Source: Opitutales bacterium (GTDB lineage: Bacteria; Verrucomicrobiota; Verrucomicrobiia; Opitutales; UBA9783). Taken from it: a stretch of 32,000 bases of DNA. The notes beneath the pieces were generated by a model that saw only the letters and a list, made by a program, of their open reading frames with translations, searched no databases and was not told the DNA's origin. The stretch lies in contig JBKSMP010000026.1 in assembly GCA_046881885.1 (NCBI GenBank), positions 2,563-34,562 of the forward strand, given 5' to 3'. Made by a program: the position numbers and the translations under genes. Of the stretch, positions 1 through 6,808 are shown piece by piece; the first letter of the stretch is position 1; every line of letters begins with the position of its first letter.

Positions 1-1732
1 CGCCAGGGCTCATGGACATTAAATCCTGACCTTTTTGAGTCTTCGGGAAAGCGATTACATCACGAATACTTGTCGTGCCTGCCATAAGAGCGACCAAACG
101 ATCAAATCCAAGCGCAATACCCCCATGCGGAGGTGCACCAAAAGAAAAAGCTTTCAACATGTATCCAAAACGATTTTCTACAACATCTACAGGCAATTTC
201 AGCACATTTTCAAAAATAAAGCGTTGGATTTCAGGAGAATGAATACGAATACTTCCGCCACCCAATTCGACACCATTCAAAACTAAATCGTAATGTTGTC
301 CACGAACTGCTTGTGGATCAGTTTTTAATAAAGAAACATCGTCTTTTACTGGGGAAGTAAAGGGATGATGTGTGGCTACAAACTTCTTCTGATCTTCATC
401 GTAAGTTAACAACGGGAAATCAACCACCCATAGGAATTTATAATCATCTGCAGCTATTGTTAAAGCACCACGTTTTTGCAGAATTTGTGCAAGTTCTAAA
501 CGCACTTTTCCTAAAATTGTACAAGCTTTTTCCCAACGATCTGCCATGAAGAATAAGCAATCATTTTCTTTGATCTGCAATTGGCTTGTTAATGCACTCT
601 TTTCATCGTCTGACAAGAACTTTGTAAGCGGAGATTTCCATTCACCTTCTTTGATTTTAATATAAGCAAGTCCTTTGGCACCCAAATGCTTGGCGGTTTG
701 TTCAAGACTCGCCAATTCGCCAGCTGTCATGTCGGCAAAATTCTCGACCTTCAAGACCTTAATTGCATCACCTTTATCGGCCACGCTCGCAAAGACTTTA
801 AAATTAGATCCTTTGAAAACAGCTGTTACATCTTGCAGTTCGAGTCCGAAACGCATGTCAGGCTTGTCGGATCCAAAACGATTCATTGCATCTTTAAATG
901 GCAAACGTAACAAAGGTGTCGAAATTGTAACTCCTAGGCAATCTTTCCACAATTTCGCAATAAGACCTTCAATAAGCGCATAAATATCTTCACGATCAAT
1001 AAATGAAGCTTCTAAGTCAATTTGCGTAAACTCAGGTTGGCGATCCGCACGCAAATCTTCATCCCTGAAGCATTTTGCAAACGAAAAATACTTCTCAACC
1101 CCCGCCACCATAAGCATTTGCTTGTACTGCTGAGGAGACTGTGTAAGCGCATAACAATTACCTGGATTCAAACGACTGGGCACCAAAAACTCACGGGCAC
1201 CCTCTGGTGTACTCTTAAACAAAGCCGGAGTTTCAACTTCAAAAAAACCGTTAGCGTCTAAATAATTACGAATAACATTCGAAGCACGGTGCCGCAAACG
1301 CAAACGCTCTTGATTAACTTTTCTTCTTAAATCCAAGTACCGATAGGTTAAACGTAAATCCTCACCTACTTTTTCAGCTTTTTCATCCAATGGGAATGGC
1401 AAGGTTTGACATATATTATGTATTGTAAGGGTTTCAACCCAAACTTCAATCGCACCCGTAGCCAAACTTGCATGTACGGTTTCTTCAGGTCTCAAACGTA
1501 CTTTTCCGGAAATTTCGATAACAGATTCTGTCTTTAATTGGGCAATTTCCTTTGCAAAAACTTGCGTATCGAGAACTAATTGCGTAATACCTTCACGATC
1601 CCGCAAATCGATAAAACAAAGTCCGCCATGATCTCGCAAACTTTGGATCCAGCCCATTAAAATAACGGATTGCTCTAAATGCTCTTTACGTAATTCTCCA
1701 CAATGATGCGTCCGTTTACTAAATTCCCTCAT
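1..1732 (-). CDS. aspS: aspartyl-tRNA synthetase, 3' end truncated by the window edge
   Basis: Missing from the ORF track because it is open to the window edge. Reverse-strand translation from ATG 1732..1730 gives MREFSKRTHHCGELRKEHLEQSVILMGWIQSLRDHGGLCFIDLRDREGITQLVLD, the AspRS N-terminal OB-fold signature. In the same frame, near position 1, it reads AFSFGAPPHGGIALGFDRLVALMAGTTSIRDVIAFPKTQKGQDLM, which is class II motif 3. The frame arithmetic is consistent (codon 577 = 4..2). The + strand ORFs at 35-1261 are antisense shadows. Confidence 0.88.
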   Translation of the reverse strand, partial: MREFSKRTHHCGELRKEHLEQSVILMGWIQSLRDHGGLCFIDLRDREGITQLVLDTQVFAKEIAQLKTESVIEISGKVRLRPEETVHASLATGAIEVWVETLTIHNICQTLPFPLDEKAEKVGEDLRLTYRYLDLRRKVNQERLRLRHRASNVIRNYLDANGFFEVETPALFKSTPEGAREFLVPSRLNPGNCYALTQSPQQYKQMLMVAGVEKYFSFAKCFRDEDLRADRQPEFTQIDLEASFIDREDIYALIEGLIAKLWKDCLGVTISTPLLRLPFKDAMNRFGSDKPDMRFGLELQDVTAVFKGSNFKVFASVADKGDAIKVLKVENFADMTAGELASLEQTAKHLGAKGLAYIKIKEGEWKSPLTKFLSDDEKSALTSQLQIKENDCLFFMADRWEKACTILGKVRLELAQILQKRGALTIAADDYKFLWVVDFPLLTYDEDQKKFVATHHPFTSPVKDDVSLLKTDPQAVRGQHYDLVLNGVELGGGSIRIHSPEIQRFIFENVLKLPVDVVENRFGYMLKAFSFGAPPHGGIALGFDRLVALMAGTTSIRDVIAFPKTQKGQDLMSMSPG

Positions 1733-1859
1733 AAAAGTATGATAAGAAAATTTTTCAAATGACGACAAGCTCGTTTTTAGAAAACTTTATAGCAGCATTT
1801 TTATAAGCATCTATTTTTTTGTTGAATAAAAAAATAAAAAGGCGTTAAATGACAAAACT

Positions 1860-2396
1860 ATGACGGTTATAACATTTTCTTGGCTTATAAGCATTTGCTT
1901 AATTATTCTAGGGATGAGCTTGATGCACTGCAGTGAAGACAAAAGTACCAATTGCTTGCATTTTCTGCGTAATAACACCTGGGGGTTGACTTTATTTGGA
2001 ATCGCTAGCTTTTGGTTTTTAATAAAAATAGCAAACTTGGGAGAAGCAGACTTTGGTGCTTACAAACATTGGTTGCTTTTTCTCTTTATCAGTGTTTTTA
2101 TCGGTTGCGGAATTTACTGGAAAGATTTCTTAGTCGTTCGTGCCATAGCAATGTTAACCTTAATACTTTGCCATCTGGGATTACAAGTCGGTTACATGAG
2201 TCCAGCACTTGTACGTCCTTTCTTGTCGCTATTTTTTTATAGTTTAATCATTCTGGCATTGTTTTTTGGAACTTATCCTTTCAAGGTAAGAGATTTGTTA
2301 CCTATACTTTTTAGACGAAAAGCGCGTTTTTTAAAGCGATTGGGAACCCTAAGTCTTTCCTACGGTCTTTTACTCATTATTTTATCGCTTCAATAA
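1860..2396 (+). CDS. hypothetical polytopic membrane protein (about 5 hydrophobic helices)
   Basis: 178-aa ORF with repeated 18-22 residue hydrophobic stretches and a basic tail (RRKARFLKR). Its TAA stop (2394-2396) lies 1 nt before the gmk ATG, suggesting co-transcription. No family recognised. Confidence 0.5.
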   Translation: MTVITFSWLISICLIILGMSLMHCSEDKSTNCLHFLRNNTWGLTLFGIASFWFLIKIANLGEADFGAYKHWLLFLFISVFIGCGIYWKDFLVVRAIAMLTLILCHLGLQVGYMSPALVRPFLSLFFYSLIILALFFGTYPFKVRDLLPILFRRKARFLKRLGTLSLSYGLLLIILSLQ

Positions 2397-2397
2397 C

Positions 2398-2976
2398 ATG
2401 AAAAATTCTTTGCTGATCGTAGTAACCGGAACATCAGGTAGCGGAAAAACAACGCTATGCTCACGTTTTTTAACCGAATTTAAACAAGCCCAACGCGTTA
2501 TCACAACAACAACAAGACTTCCTCGTCTGGGTGAATCAAATGGTATTGATTATTATTTTGAAGATAAAGCGCGTTTTTTACAAAGAGTATCCAATGAAGA
2601 ATTTTTTGAATATGCGCTCGTTTATGAAAATTATTACGGAGTTTCGCGGGATGCAATTCTTGGAGTTGATTCCAAAAATGATTTAATCATTTGCCTTGAT
2701 GTGCAAGGAGCAAAAACCTTGCAAGCTAAGTGGTGTTCTACAGTGGGGCGTCGATTGATAACTGTGTTCGTAAGTCCAGAAACACTGCAAGAACTGCATC
2801 ATCGCCTTAAAATGCGTGATACCGACGATGAACAGACGATCCAAAAACGCCTTCGTACGGCTGAAAAGGAGTTGGAAACTTTGTCTCAATTTGATTATCA
2901 TCTGTGTAGTCGAGACAAAGAGCACGATTGGCAGTGTTTGCAACACATCTATTTTGCCGAGAAAATGCGTGTTTAA
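2398..2976 (+). CDS. gmk: guanylate kinase
   Basis: P-loop GTSGSGKTT, then TTTTRLPRLGESNGIDYYFEDKARF...EFFEYALVYENYYGVSRDAI. This matches the guanylate kinase GMP-binding pattern (TTRxPRxGExxGxDYxF ... E.A.V.GNYYGT). Confidence 0.85.
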   Translation: MKNSLLIVVTGTSGSGKTTLCSRFLTEFKQAQRVITTTTRLPRLGESNGIDYYFEDKARFLQRVSNEEFFEYALVYENYYGVSRDAILGVDSKNDLIICLDVQGAKTLQAKWCSTVGRRLITVFVSPETLQELHHRLKMRDTDDEQTIQKRLRTAEKELETLSQFDYHLCSRDKEHDWQCLQHIYFAEKMRV

Positions 2977-3386
2977 GCAATGTTTTCAAGATAAACCTCC
3001 TTACTTTGTTCCTGAGTGGGAATGGCTAATTGTGATAAGTTAAAATAAGCAAGACCTAATTTTCCAAGATTTGAGTCCCGAGAACAGGTTAAAATGGACT
3101 TACCATCTTCTTGGAAAGCACAACGACCTCTAGCATCTATCGTAATCGATAACGTCGACGTAGGACTATTTCTAAACTCATTCAACAAAGGATCATTGAT
3201 AATCGCATTGAAAAGATCTGCTTTCATGCTGGTTAACGTTTCCTTCGCGCAGCCTTTTCTTGACAAATGCTGCATGATTGCGTTAAAATTAATAACCTTA
3301 TGTTCATTGCTTCTGATCTTATCTAAGGTTTGATCGAGCAGTGACGTTCCGATGGTTGATAGGCCGTTGATAATTAAAGGATGCAT
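2973..3386 (-). CDS. orphan hypothetical protein, 137 aa, soluble
   Basis: Clean ORF with no recognisable motif. It is convergent with gmk, and the two stop codons share the palindrome TTAA (2973-2976). A consensus sigma-54 promoter lies just upstream. No Shine-Dalgarno precedes ATG 3386. Confidence 0.45.
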   Translation of the reverse strand: MHPLIINGLSTIGTSLLDQTLDKIRSNEHKVINFNAIMQHLSRKGCAKETLTSMKADLFNAIINDPLLNEFRNSPTSTLSITIDARGRCAFQEDGKSILTCSRDSNLGKLGLAYFNLSQLAIPTQEQSKEVYLENIA

Positions 3387-3402
3387 ATACTATCCATTAA
3401 GC

Positions 3403-3418
3403 AGCAAAAAACGTGCCA
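3403..3418 (-). promoter_or_regulatory. candidate sigma-54 (-24/-12) promoter
   Basis: The reverse strand reads TGGCACG-TTTT-TTGCT (GG at 3417-3416, GC at 3405-3404). It matches TGGCACG-N4-TTGC(A/T) at every specified base with canonical spacing. It sits 17 nt upstream of ATG 3386 and points into that ORF. Confidence 0.35.
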
Positions 3419-3610
3419 ATTTTTACAAAAACAAATTTAACCTCATAAAGATTTTATTAAAATTTTTTGCGAAAGCTACCTAAATGCCGCACAAACACTG
3501 ACTTTTCACCTTTTTAATTAAAATTAAAAAACCTTCAATAATTATTGTTTTTTCTAAAAAATTTTCTTTTTTTCAAAAAACAAAAAATCTTGGCACAAAA
3601 ATTTAGCAGT

Positions 3611-3680
3611 ATGTGGAAAAAATTTCCTACCTTACCGGTCATATAAGTAGGAAAAATTTTCACATGGGAAAATTTTTCTA
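3611..3680. repeat. three A/T-cored palindromes, GGAAAA(A/T)nTTTTC(C)
   Basis: GGAAAAAATTTCC (3615-3627), GGAAAAATTTTC (3650-3661), GGAAAATTTTTC (3667-3678). The first two sit inside a larger imperfect dyad, ATGTGGAAAAAATTTCCTAC (3611-3630) and GTAGGAAAAATTTTCACAT (3647-3665), which could also fold as a ~55-nt hairpin. Confidence 0.45.
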
Positions 3681-3716
3681 GATTCGTCTACTTTGTAATA
3701 ACTTTTATTGGATTAA

Positions 3717-3880
3717 ACGTCCTGCAAAAGTCGGACATAAAAAAGTTTGTTATGTCGCATGAATAATGGTAAAAACTGCCGTTTAAAGGGGGTTAAATTT
3801 TTTTGACATTATTTTTCGCCTTCTAGGCCGCATAGACACTCGGTTTTCTGGCGATTTTTGCGAGGACTTTTGCAGGATGT
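3717..3880 (+). ncRNA. candidate structured RNA or 5' leader (unclassified; a MITE-like inverted-repeat element is the alternative)
   Basis: CCTGCAAAAGTC (3721-3732) is perfectly complementary to GACTTTTGCAGG (3865-3876), extendable to 16 bp (3717-3732 / 3865-3880). Nested helices: GACATAA/TTATGTC (3734-3740 / 3750-3756) and GTAAAAACTGCC/GGCGATTTTTGC (3769-3780 / 3850-3861). Several pairs are G-U only when read on the + strand, which favours + strand RNA. Confidence 0.3.
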
Positions 3881-3937
3881 CTATTAATAAAGTATTTGTA
3901 AAAGTAAAAAAGGATTAAGCTTGCCAAGGATTTTGTT

Positions 3938-5374
3938 TTGACCTATAGTAAACTGCAAAAATTATTAAAACGCAGGTTTTTGCAAGTAACAAATTTTGAG
4001 TGTGTGAATAAATTTTTTATACAAGATCTTAATTTTGAGAAAGACATCGGGGCCAACAGTATTTTGTTGGAAGTTGGGCCCTTTAAATTCGTTATTGATG
4101 CGGGAATGGATCCAAAGCAATTAGGAAATAAAGCATTGCCTAATTTTGATATTTTGGAACCCAATTCTATCGATTTTATCGCTTTAACACATTGCCATTT
4201 AGATCACTTGGGTGGTTTACCAATTTTGGCAAAAAAGCAGCCACAAGCGCAAGTTCTTGTGAGTTATCCAACGAGTTTGTTGGCGCCTTTGATGCTCGAG
4301 AATTCATATTCGGTAATGTGTCGTCAGAAGGATGAGAAATCGATTCCGGAATACCCGTTGTTTACCAAAGAAGACGTTTCGGCTCTTCAAAAACGATTTT
4401 TTGCGCTTAAGTTCGGTAAACCGTACTGCATCGAAAAGGATGGTCATCAAGCGCGATTGACGTTTTTTGCGGCAGGTCACGTCTTAGGAGCATCAAGCCT
4501 CCTTATAGAATATGAAGGTCGGCAAATCTTTATTACGGGTGATATTCTTTTCTCTGATCAAAATTCGCTTAAAGGTGCACAAGCTCCGCAATTAGCGCCC
4601 TTAGATGTGTTAGTTTTAGAAACAACGCGTGGCTGTACCGAACGAACTGCTTTGCGACGAGCCGAAGAAGAACGTTTAATTAAAACAATCTCAAAGACAA
4701 TAAAACGTGGCGGTATTTGTTTAATTCCCGCATTTGCATTGGGGCGTATCCAAGAACTATTGGTGCTACTTTATAATGCCAGAAAAGAGAATAAATACCC
4801 CGAATGTCCGATTTATTGTTCAGGCTTAGGAATGGCTTTGGTTGGCACATTTGACGCGATTGGAAAGACGACTTCTGCAGTTAATTTCAGTCGGCAAATT
4901 TTGAAAAAGTTAAACATCAAGCAATTGCGTCGCAAAAAAATTGATCCCAAAACAACGAAATTAAAAGGGCCTGCGATTTATTTGTTAAGTAGCGGCATGC
5001 TCGTAGAACATACACCTGCTTACAAGATTGCTTCGTGCCTTTTAAAAGATAATAAGAATTCGATTTGTTTTGTGGGATACTGCGATCCAAGCACACCTGG
5101 AGGTCAACTTTTACAAACGCAGCCTAATGAGGTTTTCAAATTTGAGGAGTTCGATTATTCGATACCTGTTCGTTCGAAAATTGAGAAGTTCGATTTGAGT
5201 GGACATGCTGATCGTGAAGATTTGTATCAATTTGTCCTTGCGCAAAAGCCAAAAAAGTTAGTCTTAACGCATGGTGATGAGGATGCTCGTCAGTGGTTTG
5301 TTCAAAAGTTTGAAGACCATTCGAAGTCTTTTGATGTCCTTAATCCCAATGTTGGGCAACGGTACGAAGTATAG
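3938..5374 (+). CDS. MBL-fold metallo-hydrolase of the beta-CASP RNA-processing type (RNase J / CPSF-like)
   Basis: Motifs VIDAGMDP, HCHLDHLGG, GHVLGAS, ITGD, a late GH(A)D (SGHADRED) and LTHGD, with a beta-CASP-like insert between them. The tracked start is TTG 3938 (AAGGA 7 nt upstream). In-frame GTG 4004 would give a more canonical N-terminus, so the start is uncertain. Confidence 0.75.
   Translation: MTYSKLQKLLKRRFLQVTNFECVNKFFIQDLNFEKDIGANSILLEVGPFKFVIDAGMDPKQLGNKALPNFDILEPNSIDFIALTHCHLDHLGGLPILAKKQPQAQVLVSYPTSLLAPLMLENSYSVMCRQKDEKSIPEYPLFTKEDVSALQKRFFALKFGKPYCIEKDGHQARLTFFAAGHVLGASSLLIEYEGRQIFITGDILFSDQNSLKGAQAPQLAPLDVLVLETTRGCTERTALRRAEEERLIKTISKTIKRGGICLIPAFALGRIQELLVLLYNARKENKYPECPIYCSGLGMALVGTFDAIGKTTSAVNFSRQILKKLNIKQLRRKKIDPKTTKLKGPAIYLLSSGMLVEHTPAYKIASCLLKDNKNSICFVGYCDPSTPGGQLLQTQPNEVFKFEEFDYSIPVRSKIEKFDLSGHADREDLYQFVLAQKPKKLVLTHGDEDARQWFVQKFEDHSKSFDVLNPNVGQRYEV
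3954..3984 (+). other. 8-bp hairpin TGCAAAAA / TTTTTGCA at the 5' end of the beta-CASP ORF
   Basis: 3954-3961 pairs perfectly with 3977-3984 across a 15-nt loop. It reuses the TGCAAAA/TTTTGCA core of the 3717-3880 closing stem. Confidence 0.3.
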
Positions 5375-5380
5375 GAATGT

Positions 5381-6766
5381 ATGTGTTCGGAAGGATCTGT
5401 TAGTGCAAAAGAAGCACGTTTAACGCGTTATCAGCCAGGGAGTTTGGGTGAATTATGGGCGATTTCATGGCCCTTGATGCTAGCTTCTTTTTCAGGAAGT
5501 TGCATGACTTTTATCGATCGTGCTATTTTGGCTCGCTATCAAACAGAAGCGTTTGTTGCTTGTTCGGCAGCTCAACCTTGGTTTTGGACGATAGAAGGTT
5601 TTTTGCTATCCTTTGTTATTGTGACGGAAATCTTTGTTGGTCGTTTCAATGGCTCTCGTGAGTATAAAAAAATAGGACCAGCTGTTTGGCAAATGGTTAT
5701 TTTTTCACTTGTAACCGAATTGCTCTTACTACCTATTAGTTTAAATGCACGTTATTTGCTTGCAGATACCGTTCAAGATTTGGCGCTTCCCTATTTACAA
5801 ATGCTTTTGGTTACCTTGCCATTTGATATTGCTGCATTTGGAGCCATGGGGGCGTTTTTTGTGGGTCGAGGCGATACGAAAAAGATACCCATTGTTTTAC
5901 TCATTTGTGGATGCTTAAATTTGGTTTTAGATATTTGGTTCGTTTTTGGTGGCTTAGGAATACCAAGCATGGGGATTATCGGCGCTGCACTGGCTACGAA
6001 TATTGCTCATATTTTTGGTTTTTTTGTCTTCTTATTTCTTTTTCTTCAGAAAAAATATCGAGAAAAATACGCTATCGGCTCGTTCCGATGGTCTTGGAGT
6101 TTTTTTAAACAATGTGTAGACGTGGGAATGCCTAATGCTATTGGTTGTTTTTGTTTGATGACCGGATGGTCGCTTTGTTATCAATTGTTGGCCTTACATA
6201 CATCATCACTTATGTTTACTGCTTATAGCATTGCATTTACTATTTTTAATGTGATGTTTTTTGTCATGGATGGGATGAGTAAAGCGGTAGGTACGCTTTG
6301 TTCGAATTTTATCGGAGCAGAACAACCTGCATTAATGCGATCTGTTTTAAAGCAATCCTGTCGATTAACATTCTTTTTTGCTATTTTCTTTTTAGTTTTT
6401 TTGTTGTTTTCAAACCCTATGATTCGTTTCTTTTCTTCGGAAGACTTGTTTGAAAATCCTCTATTTAAACAACAAACATTTGTGTTTTTAGCATGGTATT
6501 GGGTTATATTCGTTCTCGATACCTTGCGTTTTTGTGCACAATACTTTATGTTTGCTTTGACCAAAACCAAAGTCGTACTGATTTTTAATGTCGTATTTTG
6601 TTGGGGATTGATTATTGTACCGACGTATTATTTTGTTGTAAAACTCAAGTGGAATCCGATTATTTATCCACAATTATCCTGTTTGGAGTGTTTCCTTTTA
6701 CTCGTTATTTTTAAACTTTGGTTTAATAAGGGTACTTGGTTGCAACAAAAGAAATTAAAAGCATAG
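5381..6766 (+). CDS. MATE-family efflux transporter (about 12 TM helices)
   Basis: 461-aa polytopic protein with MATE-like two-fold repeat organisation. The N-terminus (LWAISWPLMLASFSGSCMTFIDRAILARY) resembles the MATE TM1 pattern. Starts 6 nt after the beta-CASP stop. Confidence 0.6.
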   Translation: MCSEGSVSAKEARLTRYQPGSLGELWAISWPLMLASFSGSCMTFIDRAILARYQTEAFVACSAAQPWFWTIEGFLLSFVIVTEIFVGRFNGSREYKKIGPAVWQMVIFSLVTELLLLPISLNARYLLADTVQDLALPYLQMLLVTLPFDIAAFGAMGAFFVGRGDTKKIPIVLLICGCLNLVLDIWFVFGGLGIPSMGIIGAALATNIAHIFGFFVFLFLFLQKKYREKYAIGSFRWSWSFFKQCVDVGMPNAIGCFCLMTGWSLCYQLLALHTSSLMFTAYSIAFTIFNVMFFVMDGMSKAVGTLCSNFIGAEQPALMRSVLKQSCRLTFFFAIFFLVFLLFSNPMIRFFSSEDLFENPLFKQQTFVFLAWYWVIFVLDTLRFCAQYFMFALTKTKVVLIFNVVFCWGLIIVPTYYFVVKLKWNPIIYPQLSCLECFLLLVIFKLWFNKGTWLQQKKLKA

Positions 6767-6808
6767 TTAGGTCTGGATTTAGAAATAAAAGCTTCTTAGC
6801 TCTTTTAT

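Noticed and set aside
35-1261. Four + strand ORFs in the track (35-286, 675-983, 686-910, 1022-1261)
   Set aside because: They lie antisense to a continuous reverse-strand aspS reading frame with unmistakable AspRS motifs at both ends. Their products are low-complexity and motif-free.
3541-3590. Inverted A/T runs (TTGTTTTTT ... AAAAAACAA)
   Set aside because: This is low-complexity homopolymer complementarity, expected in a stretch this A/T-rich. I treat it only as possible bendable spacer DNA.
3591-3609. Second TGGCAC on the + strand (TGGCACAAAAATTTAGCA), and another at 31839-31844 upstream of the lipoprotein gene
   Set aside because: The -12 element is absent or mis-spaced (the GC is 14 nt rather than 12 nt from the GG at 3591, and there is no TTGC at 31839). 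Sigma-54 tolerates little spacing change, so neither is called as a promoter.
6664-6672. Perfect DnaA box TTATCCACA
   Set aside because: It is a single isolated copy inside the MATE coding sequence with no neighbouring boxes or AT-rich unwinding region. One exact 9-mer in 64 kb of two-strand sequence is not far from chance.
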